This document shows positions 50,801 through 64,000 of a stretch of DNA of 64,000 nucleotides, piece by piece (position 1 is the first letter of the stretch; each line of letters begins with the position of its first letter). The translations under genes were made by a program, and so were the position numbers. The notes beneath the pieces were generated by a model, which saw only the letters and a list, made by a program, of their open reading frames with translations, was not told the origin of the DNA and made no database searches. This DNA comes from Eledone cirrhosa (lineage: Eukaryota), in contig OZ024740.1 of the NCBI GenBank assembly GCA_964016885.1, forward strand, positions 14,694,001 to 14,758,000. Reading direction: 5' to 3'.

Positions 50801-53800
50801 ATGAAAGGAATCAAAGCCAGAATATGGAAAGTCCTCGAATGAAAGGAATAAAAGCCAGAATATGGAAAGTCCTCGAATGAAAGGAATCAAAGCCAGAATA
50901 TGGAAAGTCCTCAAATGAAAGGAATCAAAGCCAGAATATGGAAAGTCCTGGAATGAAAGGAATCAAAGCCAGAATATGGAAAGTCCTCAAATGAAAGGAA
51001 TCAAAGCCAGAATATGGAAAGTCCTCAAATGAAAGGAATCAAAGCCAGAATATAGAAAGTCCTCAAATGAAAGGAATCAAAGCCAGAATATGGAAAGTCC
51101 TCGAATGAAAGGAACCAAAGCCAGAATATGGAAAGTCCTCAAATGAAAGGAATCAAAGCCAGAATATGGAAAGTCCTCAAATGAAAGGAATCAAAGCCAG
51201 AATATGGAAAGTTCTCAAATGAAAGGAATCAAAGCCAGAATATGGAAAGTCCTCAAATGAAAGGAATCAAAGCCAGAATATGGAAAGTCCTCGAATAAAA
51301 GGAATCAAAGCCAGAATATGGAAAGTCCTCAATTGAAAGGAATCAAAGCCAGAATATGGAAAGTCCTCAAATCAAAGGAATCAAAGCCAGAATATGGAAA
51401 GTCCTCAGATGAAAGGAATCAAAGCCAGAATATGGAAAGTCCTCGAATGAAAGAAACCAAAGCCAGAATATGGAAAGTCCTCGAATGAAAGGAATCAAAG
51501 CCAGAATATGGAAAGTCCTCAAATGAAAGGAATCAAAGCCAGAATATGGTAAGTCCTCAAATGAAAGGAATCAAAGCCAGAATATGGAAAGTCCTGGAAT
51601 GAAAGGAATCAAAGCCAGAATATGGAAAGTCCTCAAATGAAAGGAATCAAAGCCAGAATATGGAAAGTCCTGGAATGAAAGGAATCAAAGCCAGAATATG
51701 GAAAGTCCTCAAATGAGAGGAATCAAAGCCAGAATATGGAAAGTCCTCAAATGAAAGGAATCAAAGCCAGAATATGGAAACTCCTCGAATGAAAGGAAAC
51801 AAAGCCAGAATATGGAAAGTCCTCGAATGAAAGGAATCAAAGCCAGAATATGGAAAGTCCTCGAATGAGAGGAATCAAAGCCAGAATATGGAAAGTCCTC
51901 GAATGAGGGGAATCAAAGCCAGAATATGGAAAGTCCTCGAATGAAAGGAATCAAAGCCAGAATATGGAAGTTCCTCAAATGAAAGGAATCAAAGCCAGAA
52001 TATGGAAAGTCCTCGAATGAAAGGAATCAAACCCAGAATATGGAAAGTCCTCAAATGAAAGGAATCAAAGCCAGAATATGGAAAGTCCTCGAATGAAAGG
52101 AATCAAAGCCAGAATATGGAAAGTCCTCAAATGAAAGGAATCCAAGCCAGAATATGGAAAGTCCTCGAATGAAAGGAATCAAAGCCAGAATATGGAAAGT
52201 CCTCGAATGAAAAGAATCAAAGCCAGAATATGGAAAGTCCTCAAATGAAAGGAATCAAAGCCAGAATATGGAAAGTCCTCAAATGAGAGGAATCAGAGCC
52301 AGAATATGGAAAGTCCTCGAATAAAAGGAATCAAAGCCAGAATATGGAAAGTCCTCAATTGAAAGGAATCAAAGCCAGAATATGGAAAGTCCTCAAATGA
52401 AAGGAATCAAAGCCAGAATATGGAAAGTCCTCAAATGAAAGGAATCAAAGCCAGAATATGGAAAGTCCTCGAATGAAAGGAACCAAAGCCAGAATATGGA
52501 AAGTCCTCGAATGAAAGGAATCCAAGCCGGAATATGGAAAGTCCTCGAATGAAAGGAATCAAAGCCGAATATGGAAAGTCCTCGAATGAAAGGAATCAAA
52601 GCCAGAATATGGAAAGTCCTCAAATGAAAGGAATCAAAGCCAGAATATGGAAAGTCCTCGAAGGAAAGGAATCAAAGCCAGAATATGGAAAGTCCTGGAA
52701 TGAAAGGAATCAAAGCCAGAATATGGAAAGTCCTCAAATGAAAGGAATCAACGCCAGAATATGGAAAGTCCTCAAATGAAAGGAATCAAAGCCAGAATAT
52801 GGAAAGTCCTCAAATGAAAGGAATCAAAGCCAGAATATGGAAAGTCCTCAAATGAAAGGAATCAAAGCCAGAATATGGAAAGTCCTCGAATGAAAGGAAT
52901 CAAAGCCAGAATATGGAAAGTCCTCGAATGAGAGGAATCAAAGCCAGAATATGGAAAGTCCTCGAATGAGGGGAATCAAAGCCAGAATATGGAAATTCCT
53001 CGAATGAAAGGAATCAAAGCCAGAATATGGAAAGTCCTCGATTGAAAGGAATCAAAGCCAGAATATGGAAAGTCCTCGAATGAAAGGAATCAAAGCCAGA
53101 ATATGGAAAGTCCTCGAATGAAAGGAATCAAAGCAAGAATATGGAAGATCCTCAAATGAAAGGAATCAAAGCCAGAATATGGAAAGTCCTCGAATGAAAG
53201 GAATCAAACCCAGAATATGGAAAGTCCTCAAATGAAAGGAATCAAAGCCAGAATATGGAAAGTCCTCGAATGAAAGGAATCAAAGCCAGAATATGGAAAG
53301 TCCTCAAATGAAAGGAATCAAAGCCAGAATATGGAAAGTCCTCGAATGAAAGGAATCAAAGCCAGAATATGGAAAGTCCTCAAATGAAAGGAATCAAAGC
53401 CAGAATATGGAAAGTCCTCAAATGAAAGGAATCAAAGCCAGAATATGGAAAGTCCTCAAATGAAAGGAATCAAAGCCAGAATATGGAAAGTCCTCAAATG
53501 AAAGGAATCAAAGCCAGAATATGGAAAGTCCTCAAATGAAAGGAATCAAAGCCAGAATATGGAAAGTCCTGGAATGAAAGGAATCAAAGCCAGAATATGG
53601 AAAGTCCACGAATGAAAGGAATCAAAGCCAGAATATGGAAAGTCCTGGAATGAAAGGAATCAAAGCCAGAATATGGAAAGTCCTCGAATGAAAGGAATCA
53701 AAGCCAGAATATGGAAAGTCCTGGAATGAAAGGAATCAAAGCCAGAATATGGAAAGTCCTCAAATGAAAGGAATCAAAGCCAGAATATGGAAAGTCCTGG

Positions 53801-56800
53801 AATGAAAGGAATCAAAGCCAGAATATGGAAAGTCCTCAAATGAAAGGAATCAAAGCCAGAATATGGAAAGTCCTCAAATGAAAGGAATCAAAGCCAGAAT
53901 ATGGAAAGTCCTCAAATGAAAGGAATCAAAGCCAGAATATGGAAAGTCCTCGAATGAAAGGAACCCAAGCCAGAATATGGAAAGTCCTCAAATGAAAGTA
54001 ATCAAAGCCAGAATATGGAAAGTCCTCAAATGAAAGGAATCAAAGCCAGAATATGGAAAGTCCTCAAATGAAAGGAATCAAAGCCAGAATATGGAAAGTC
54101 CTCGAATAAAAGGAATCAAAGCCAGAATATGGAAAGTCCTCAATTGAAAGGAATCAAAGCCAAAATATGCAAAGTCCTCAAATGAAAGGAATCAAAGCCA
54201 GAATATGGAAAGTCCTCAAATGAAAGGAATCAAAGCCAGAATATGGAAAGTCCTCGAATGAAAGGAACCAAAGCCAGAATATGGAAAGTCCTCGAATGAA
54301 AGGAATCAAAGCCAGAATATGGAAAGTCCTTGAATGAAAGGAATCAAAGCCAGAATATGGAAAGTCCTCAAATGAAAGGAATCAAAGCCAGAATATGGAA
54401 AGTCCTGGAATGAAAGGAATCAAAGCCAGAATATGGAAAGTCCTCAAATGAAAGGAATCAAAGCCAGAATATGGAAAGTCCTCAAATGAAAGGAATCAAA
54501 GCCAGAATATGGAAAGTCCTCAAATGAAAGGAATCAAAGCCAGAATATGGAAAGTCCTCGAATGAAAGGAACCCAAGCCAGAATATGGAAAGTCCTCAAA
54601 TGAAAGGAATCAAAGCCAGAATATGGAAAGTCCTCAAATGAAAGGAATCAAAGCCAGAATATGGAAAGTCCTCAAATGAAAGGAATCAAAGCCAGGATAT
54701 GGAAAGTCCTCGAATAAAAGGAATCAAAGCCAGAATATGGAAAGTCCTCAATTGAAAGGAATCAAAGCCAAAATATGCAAAGTCCTCAAATCAAAGGAAT
54801 CAAAGCCAGAATATGGAAAGTCCTCAAATGAAAGGAATCAAAGCCAGAATATGGAAAGTCCTCGAATGAAAGGAACCAAAGCCAGAATATGGAAAGTCCT
54901 CGAATGAAAGGAATCAAAGCCAGAATATGGAAAGTCCTCGAATGAAAGGAATCAAAGCCAGAATATGGAAAGTCCTCAAATGAAAGGAATCAAAGCCAGA
55001 ATATGAAAAGTCCTCAAATGAAAGGAATCAAAGCCAGAATATGGAAAGTCCTCAAATGAAAGGAATCAAAGCCAGTATATGGAAAGTCCTCAAATGAAAG
55101 GAATCAAAGCCAGAATATGGTAAGTCCTCAAATGAAAGGAATCAAAGCCAGAATATGGAAAGTCCTGGAATGAAAGGAATCAAAGCCAGAATATGGAAAG
55201 TCCTCAAATGAAAGGAATCAAAGCCATAATATGGAAAGTCCTCAAATGAAAGGAATCAAAGCCAGAATATGGAAAGTCCTCAAATGAAAGGAATCAAAGC
55301 CAGAATATGGAAAGTCCTCGAATAAAAGGAATCAAAGCCAGAATATGGAAAGTCCTCAATTCAAAGGAATCAAAGCCAGAATATGGAAAGTCCTCAAATG
55401 AAAGGAATCAAAGCCAGAATATGGAAAGTCCTCGAATGAAAGGAATCAAAGCCAGAATATGGAAAGTCCTCAAATGAAAGGAATCAAAGCCAGAATATGG
55501 AAAGTCCTCAAATGAAAGGAATCAAAGCCAGAATATGGAAAGTCCTCAAATGAAAGGAATCAAAGCCAGAATATGGAAAGTCCTCAAATGAAAGGAATCA
55601 AAGCCAGAATATGGAAAGTCCTCGAATAAAAGGAATCAAAGCCAGAATATGGAGAGTCCTCAATTGAAAGGAATCAAAGCCAGAATATGGAAAGTCCTCA
55701 AATGAAAGGAATCAAAGCCAGAATATGGAAAGTCCTCGAATGAAAGGAATCAAAGCCAGAATATGGAAAGTCCTCAAATGAAAGGAATCAAAGCCAGAAT
55801 ATGGAAAGTCCTCAAATGAAAGGAATCAAAGCCAGAATATGGAAAGTCCTCGAATGAAAGGAATCAAAGCCAGAATATGGAAAGTCCTCAAATGAAAGGA
55901 ATCAAAGCCAGAATATGGAAAGTCCTCAAATGAAAGGAATCAAAGCCAGAATATGGAAAGTCCTCAAATGAAAGGAATCAAAGCCAGAATATGGAAAGTT
56001 CTCAAATGAAAGGAATCAAAGCCAGAATATGGAAAGTCCTCAAATGAAAGGAATCAAAGCCAGAATATGGAAAGTCCTCGAATAAAAGGAATCAAAGCCA
56101 GAATATGGAAAGTCCTCAATTGAAAGGAATCAAAGCCAGAATATGGAAAGTCCTCAAATCAAAGGAATCAAAGCCAGAATATGGAAAGTCCTCAGATGAA
56201 AGGAATCAAAGCCAGAATATGGAAAGTCCTCGAATGAAAGAAACCAAAGCCAGAATATGGAAAGTCCTCGAATGAAAGGAATCAAAGCCAGAATATGGAA
56301 AGTCCTCGAATGAAAGGAATCAAAGCCAGAATATGGAAAGTCCTCAAATGAAAGGAATCAAAGCCAGAATATGGAAAGTCCTCAACTGAAAGGAATCAAA
56401 GCCAGAATATTGAAAGTCCTCAAATGAAAGGAATCAAAGCCAGAATATGGAAAGTCCTCAAATGAAAGGAATCAAAGCCAGAATATGGTAAGTCCTCAAA
56501 TGAAAGGAATCAAAGCCAGAATATGGAAAGTCCTGGAATGAAAGGAATCAAAGCCAGAATATGGAAAGTCCTCAAATGAAAGGAATCAAAGCCAGAATAT
56601 GGAAAGTCCTGGAATGAAAGGAATCAAAGCCAGAATATGGAAAGTCCTCAAATGAGAGGAATCAAAGCCAGAATATGGAAAGTCCTCAAATGAAAGGAAT
56701 CAAAGCCAGAATATGGAAACTCCTCAAATGAAAGGAATCAAAGCCATAATATGGAAAGTCCTCAAATGAAAGGAATCAAAGCCAGAATATGGAAAGTCCT

Positions 56801-59800
56801 CAAATGAAAGGAATCAAAGCCAGAATATGGAAAGTCCTCGAATAAAAGGAATCAAAGCCAGAATATGGAAAGTCCTCAATTCAAAGGAATCAAAGCCAGA
56901 ATATGGAAAGTCCTCAAATGAAAGGAATCAAAGCCAGAATATGGAAAGTCCTCGAATGAAAGGAATCAAAGCCAGAATATGGAAAGTCCTCAAATGAAAG
57001 GAATCAAAGCCAGAATATGGAAAGTCCTCAAATGAAAGGAATCAAAGCCAGAATATGGAAAGTCCTCAAATGAAAGGAATCAAAGCCAGAATATGGAAAG
57101 TCCTCAAATGAAAGGAATCAAAGCCAGAATATGGAAAGTCGTCGAATAAAAGGAATCAAAGCCAGAATATGGAGAGTCCTCAATTGAAAGGAATCAAAGC
57201 CAGAATATGGAAAGTCCTCAAATGAAAGGAATCAAAGCCAGAATATGGAAAGTCCTCGAATGAAAGGAATCAAAGCCAGAATATGGAAAGTCCTCAAATG
57301 AAAGGAATCAAAGCCAGAATATGGAAAGTCCTCAAATGAAAGGAATCAAAGCCAGAATATGGAAAGTCCTCGAATGAAAGGAATCAAAGCCAGAATATGG
57401 AAAGTCCTCAAATGAAAGGAATCAAAGCCAGAATATGGAAAGTCCTCAAATGAAAGGAATCAAAGCCAGAATATGGAAAGTCCTCAAATGAAAGGAATCA
57501 AAGCCAGAATATGGAAAGTTCTCAAATGAAAGGAATCAAAGCCAGAATATGGAAAGTCCTCAAATGAAAGGAATCAAAGCCAGAATATGGAAAGTCCTCG
57601 AATAAAAGGAATCAAAGCCAGAATATGGAAAGTCCTCAATTGAAAGGAATCAAAGCCAGAATATGGAAAGTCCTCAAATCAAAGGAATCAAAGCCAGAAT
57701 ATGGAAAGTCCTCGAATGAAAGGAATCAAAGCCAGAATATGGAAAATCCTCGAATGAAAGAAATCAAAGCCAGAATATGGAAAGTACTCAAATGAAAGGA
57801 ATCAAAGCCAGAATATGGAAAGTCCTCAAATGAAAGGAATCAAAGCCAGAATATGGAAAGTCCTCAAATGAAAGGAATCAAAGCCAGAATATGGAAAGTC
57901 CTCAAATGAAAGGAATCAAAGCCAGAATATGGAAAGTCCTCGAATGAAAGGAATCAAAGCCAGAATATGGAAAGTCCTCGAATGAAAGGAATCAAAGCCA
58001 GAATATGGAAAGTCCTCGAATGAAAGGAATCAAAGCCAGAATATGGAAAGTCCTCGAATGAAAGGAATCAAAGCCAGAATATGGAAAGTCCTCGAATGAA
58101 AGGAATCAAAGCCAGAATATGGAAAGTCCTCAAATGAAAGGAATCAAAGCCAGAATATGGAAAGTCCTCGAATGAAAGGAATCAAAGCCAGAAAATGGAA
58201 AGTCCTCGAATGAAAGGAATCAAAGCCAGAATATGGAAAGTCCTCAAATGAAAGGAATCAAAGCCAGAATATGGAAAGTCCTCGAATGAAAGGAATCAAA
58301 GCCAGAATATGGAAAGTCCTCGAATGAGAGGAATCAAAGCCAGAATATGGAAAGTCCTCGAATGAGAGGAATCAAAGCCAGAATATGGAAAGTCCTCGAA
58401 TGAAAGGAATCAAACCCAGAATATGGAAAGTCCTCGAATGAAAGGAATCAAAGCCAGAATATGGAAAGTCCTGAAATGAATGGAATCAAAGCAAGAATAT
58501 GGAAAGTCCTCGAATGAAAGGAATCAAAGCCAGAATATGGAAAGTCCTTGAATGAAAGGAATCAAAGCCAGAATATGGAAAGTCCTCAAATGAAAGGAAT
58601 CAAAGCCAGAATATGGAAAGTCCTCAAATGAAAGGAATCGAAGCCAGAATATGGAAAGTCCTCGAATAAAAGGAATCAAAGCCAGAATATGGAAAGTCCT
58701 CAATTGAAAGGAATCAAAGCCAGAATATGGAAAGTCCTCAAATGAAAGGAATCAAAGCCAGAATATGGAAAGTCCTCAAATGAAAGGAATCAAAGCCAGA
58801 ATAAGGAAAGTCCTCGAATGAAGGGAACCAAAGCCAGAATATGGAAAGTCCTCGAATGAAAGGAATCAAAGCCAGAATATGGAAAGTCCTCGAATGAAAG
58901 GAATCAAAGCCAGAATATGGAAAGTCCTCGAATGAAAGGAATCAAAGCCAGAATATGGAAAGTCCTCAAATGAAAGGAATCAAAGCCAGAATATGGAAAG
59001 TCCTCGAAGGAAAGGAATCAAAGCCAGAATATAGAAAGTCCTGGAATGAAAGGAATCAAAGCCAGAATATGGAAAGTCCTCAAATGAAAGGAATCAAAGC
59101 CAGAATATGGAAAGTCCTGAAATGAATGGAATCAAAGCCAGAATATGGAAAGTCCTCAAATGAAAGGAATCAAAGCCAGAATATGGAAAGTCCTCGAAGG
59201 AAAGGAATCAAAGCCAGAATATGTAAAGTGCTGGAATGAAAGGAATCAAAGCCAGAATATGGAAAGTCCTCAAATGAAAGGAATCAAAGCCAGAATATGG
59301 AAAGTCCTGGAATGAAAGGAATCAAAGCCAGAATATGGAAAGTCCTCGAATGAAAGGAATCAAAGCCAGAATATGGAAAGTCCTCAAATGAAAGGAATCA
59401 AAGCCAGAATATGGAAAGTCCTCAAATGAAAGGAATCAAAGCCAGAATATGGAAAGTCCTCGAATGAAAGGAATCAAAGCCAGAATATGGAAAGTCCTCG
59501 AATGAGAGGAATCTAAGCCAGAATATGGAAAGTCCTCGAATGAAAGGAATCAAAGCCAGAATATGGAAAGTCCTCGAATGAAAGGAATCAAAGCCAGAAT
59601 ATGGAAAGTCCTCGAATGAAAGGAATCAAAGCCAGAATATGGAAAGTCCTCGAATGAAAGGAATCAAAGCCAGAATATGGAAAGTCCTTGAATGAAAGGA
59701 ATCAAAGCCAGAATATGGAAAGTCCTCAAATGAAAGGAATCAAAGCCAGAATATGGAAAGTCCTCAAATGAAAGGAATCAAAGCCAGAATATGGAAAGTC

Positions 59801-62800
59801 CTCAAATGAAAGGAATCAAAGCCAGAATATGGAAAGTCCTCGAATAAAAGGAATCAAAGCCAGAATATGGAAAGTCCTCAATTGAAAGGAATCAAAGCCA
59901 GAATATGGAAAGTCCTCAAATGAAAGGAATCAAAGCCAGAATATGGAAAGTCCTCAAATGAAAGGAATCAAAGCCAGAATATGGAAAGTCCTCGAATGAA
60001 AGGAATCAAAGCCGAATATGGAAAGTCCTCGAATGAAAGGAATCAAAGCCAGAATATGGAAAGTCCTCAAATGAAAGGAATCAAAGCCAGAATATGGAAA
60101 GTCCTCGAAGGAAAGGAATCAAAGCCAGAATATGGAAAGTCCTGGAATGAAAGGAATCAAAGCCAGAATATGGAAAGTCCTCAAATGAAAGGAATCAAAG
60201 CCAGAATATGGAAAGTCCTCAAATGAAAGGAATCAAAGCCAGAATATGGAAAGTCCTCAAATGAAAGGAATCAAAGCCAGAATATGGAAAGTCCTTGAAT
60301 GAAAGGAACCAAAGCCAGAATATGGAAAGTCCTCGAATGAAAGGAATCAAAGCCAGAATATGGAAAGTCCTCGAATGAAAGGAATCAAAGCCAGAATATG
60401 GAAAGTCCTCAAATGAAAGGAATCAAAGCCAGAATATGGAAAGTCCTCAAATGAAAGGAATCAAAGCCAGAATATGGAAAGTCCTCGAAGGAAAGGAATC
60501 AAAGCCAGAATATGGAAAGTCCTGGAATGAAAGGAATCAAAGCCAGAATATGGAAAGTCCTCAAATGAAAGGAATCAAAGCCAGAATATGGAAAGACCTC
60601 AAATGAAAGGAATGAAAGCCAGAATATGGAAAGTCCTCAAATGAAAGGAATCAAAGCCAGAATATGGAAAGTCCTCAAATGAAAGGAATCAAAGCCAGAA
60701 TATGGAAATTCCTCGAATGAAAGGAATCAAAGCCAGAATATGAAAAGTCCTCGAATGAGAGGAATCAAAGCCAGAATATGGAAAGTCCTCGAATGAGGGG
60801 AATCAAAGCCAGAATATGGAAAGTCCTCGAATGAAAGTAATCAAAGCCAGAATATGGAAAGTCCTCAAATGAAAGGAATCAAAGCCATAATATGGAAAGT
60901 CCTCAAATGAAAGGAATCAAAGCCAGAATATGGAAAGTCCTCAAATGAAAGGAATCAAAGCCAGAATATGGAAAGTCCTCGAATAAAAGGAATCAAAGCC
61001 AGAATATGGAAAGTCCTCAATTCAAAGGAATCAAAGCCAGAATATGGAAAGTCCTCAAATGAAAGGAATCAAAGCCAGAATATGGAAAGTCCTCGAATGA
61101 AAGGAATCAAAGCCAGAATATGGAAAGTCCTCAAATGAAAGGAATCAAAGCCAGAATATGGAAAGTCCTCAAATGAAAGGAATCAAAGCCAGAATATGGA
61201 AAGTCCTCAAATGAAAGGAATCAAAGCCAGAATATGGAAAGTCCTCAAATGAAAGGAATCAAAGCCAGAATATGGAAAGTCCTCGAATAAAAGGAATCAA
61301 AGCCAGAATATGGAAAGTCCTCAATTGAAAGGAATCAAAGCCAGAATATGGAAAGTCCTCAAATGAAAGGAATCAAAGCCAGAATATGGAAAGTCCTCGA
61401 ATGAAAGGAATCAAAGCCAGAATATGGAAAGTCCTCAAATGAAAGGAATCAAAGCCAGAATATGGAAAGTCCTCAAATGAAAGGAATCAAAGCCAGAATA
61501 TGGAAAGTCCTCGAATGAAAAGAATCAAAGCCAGAATATGGAAAGTCCTCAAATGAAAGGAATCAAAGCCAGAATATGGAAAGTCCTCAAATGAAAGGAA
61601 TCAAAGCCAGAATATGGAAAGTCCTCGAATGAAAGGAATCGAAGCCAGAATATGGAAAGTCCTCAAATGAAAGGAATCAAAGCCAGAATATGGAAAGTCC
61701 TCTAATAAAAGGAATCAAAGCCAGAATATGGAAAGTCCTCAATTGAAAGGAATCAAAGCCAGAATATGGAAAGTCCTCAAATGAAAGGAATCAAAGCCAG
61801 AATATGGAAAGTCCTCGAATGAAAGGAATCAAAGCCAGAATATGGAAAGTCCTCAAATGAGAGGAATCAAAGCCAGAATATGGAAAGTCCTCAAATGAAA
61901 GGTATCAAAGCCAGAATATGGAAAGTCCTCAAATGAAAGGAATCAAAGCCAGAATATGGAAAGTCCTCGAATGAAAGGAATCAAAGCCAGAATATGGAAA
62001 ATCCTCGAACGAAAGAAATCAAAGCCAGAATATGGAAAGTACTCAAATGAAAGGAATCAAAGCCAGAATATGGAAAGTCCTCAAATGAAAGGAATCAAAG
62101 CCAGAATATGGAAAGTCCTCAAATGAAAGGAATCAAAGCCAGAATATGGAAAGTCCTCAAATGAAAGGAATCAAAGCCAGAATATGGAAAGTCCTCGAAT
62201 GAAAGGAATCAAAGCCAGAATATGGAAAGTCCTCGAATGAAAGGAATCAAAGCCAGAATATGGAAAGTCCTCGAATGAAAGGAATCAAAGCCAGAATATG
62301 GAAAGTCCTCAAATGAAAGGAATCAAAGCCAGAATATGGAAAGTCCTCGAATGAAAGGAATCAAAGCCAGAATATGGAAAGTCCTCAAATGAAAGGAATC
62401 AAAGCCAGAATATGGAAAGTCCTCAAATGAAAGGAATCAAAGCCAGAATATGGAAAGTCCTCGAATGAAAAGAATCAAAGCCAGAATATGGAAAGTCCTC
62501 AAATGAAAGGAATCAAAGCCAGAATATGGAAAGTCCTCAAATGAAAGGAATCAAAGCCAGAATATGGAAAGTCCTCGAATGAAAGGAATCGAAGCCAGAA
62601 TATGGAAAGTCCTCAAATGAAAGGAATCAAAGCCAGAATATGGAAAGTCCTCTAATAAAAGGAATCAAAGCCAGAATATGGAAAGTCCTCAATTGAAAGG
62701 AATCAAAGCCAGAATATGGAAAGTCCTCAAATGAAAGGAATCAAAGCCAGAATATGGAAAGTCCTCGAATGAAAGGAATCAAAGCCAGAATATGGAAAGT

Positions 62801-64000
62801 CCTCAAATGAGAGGAATCAAAGCCAGAATATGGAAAGTCCTCAAATGAAAGGTATCAAAGCCAGAATATGGAAAGTCCTCAAATGAAAGGAATCAAAGCC
62901 AGAATATGGAAAGTCCTCGAATGAAAGGAATCAAAGCCAGAATATGGAAAATCCTCGAATGAAAGAAATCAAAGCCAGAATATGGAAAGTACTCAAATGA
63001 AAGGAATCAAAGCCAGAATATGGAAAGTCCTCAAATGAAAGGAATCAAAGCCAGAATATGGAAAGTCCTCAAATGAAAGGAATCAAAGCCAGAATATGGA
63101 AAGTCCTCAAATGAAAGGAATCAAAGCCAGAATATGGAAAGTCCTCGAATGAAAGGAATCAAAGCCAGAATATGGAAAGTCCTCAAATGAAAGGAATCAA
63201 AGCCAGAATATGGAAAGTCCTCAAATGAAAGGAATCAAAGCCAGAATATGGAAAGTCCTCGAATGAAAGGAATCAAAGCCAGAATATGGAAAGTCCTCGA
63301 ATGAGAGGAATCTAAGCCGGAATATGGAAAGTCCTCGAATGAGAGGAATCAAAGCCAGAATATGGAAAGTCCTCGAATGAAAGGAATCAAACCCAGAATA
63401 TGGAAAGTCCTCAAATGAAAGGAATCAAAGCCAGAATATGGAAAGTCCTGAAATGAAAGGAATCAAAGCCAGAATATGTAAAGTCCTCGAATGAAAGGAA
63501 TCAAAGCCAGAATATGGAAAGTCCTCGAATGAAAGAAATCAAAGCCAGGATATGGAAAGTCCTCAAATTAAAGGAATCAAAGCCAGAATATGGAAAGTCC
63601 TCAAATGAAAGGAATCAAAGCCAGAATATGGAAAGTCCTCGAATAAAAGGAATCAAAGCCAGAATATGGAAAGTCCTCAATTGAAAGGAATCAAAGCCAG
63701 AATATGGAAAGTCCTCAAATGAAAGGAATCAAAGCCAGAATATGCAAAGTCCTCAAATGAAAGGAATCAAAGCCAGAATATGGAAAGTCCTCGAATGAAA
63801 GGAATCAAAGCCAGAATATGGAAAGTCCTCAAATGAAAGGAATCAAAGCCAGAATATGGAAAGTCCTCGAATGAAAGGAATCAAAGCCAGAATATGGAAA
63901 GTCCTCGAATGAAAGGAATCAAAGCCAGAATATGGAAAGTCCTCAAATGAAAGGAATCAAAGCCAGAATATGGAAAGTCCTCAAATGAAAGGAATCAAAG
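23833..64000. repeat. 38-bp satellite, consensus GAATATGGAAAGTCCTC(G/A)AATGAAAGGAATCAAAGCCA, ~1,050 copies, uninterrupted, runs off the right edge
   Basis: 38-bp period read directly (e.g. GGAAAGTCC at 23847 and 23885). Highly homogeneous, with very rare indels. Confidence 0.99.

Noticed and set aside
23833-64000. CRISPR-like or coding interpretation of the 38-bp repeat, including the 76-81 aa ORFs
   Set aside because: Units are head-to-tail with no unique spacers and no cas genes. The short ORFs arise only where 1-bp deletions skip the periodic stop codons.

Overview
Eukaryotic, repeat-dominated, apparently non-genic DNA. It is probably molluscan or cephalopod, an inference from the tRNA-derived SINE family and the (AT)n/(ACAT)n/(AAT)n microsatellite load. 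Two large tandem arrays fill about 82% of the window: a 12-bp (GTTGTTGTTACT)n array at 1-~12170 that grades directly out of a SINE 3' tail, and a 38-bp satellite (~1,050 copies) from ~23833 to the end, with kb-scale higher-order duplications. The ~11.5 kb between them is a dense cluster of decayed mobile elements: ~9 copies or fragments of one SINE family, a 3' fragment of an L1/Tx1-clade LINE, two divergent R4/Dong-like restriction-like-endonuclease (RLE) retrotransposon remnants, a CRE-like RLE remnant, a TIR element with Helitron-like ends, and several Penelope-type hammerhead ribozyme motifs and palindromes beside (AT)n tracts. No intact host gene is supported, and the long ORFs are repeat artefacts. 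Most notable: four different hammerhead-like sequences (one with its CUGAUGA core amplified into a 20-bp minisatellite), a 3' tail shared by the SINE and the Tx1-like LINE, a covarying 3'-UTR hairpin in the two R4/Dong elements, and a satellite monomer carrying a near-perfect kappa-B motif. All family assignments come from motif recognition by eye, not database searches.
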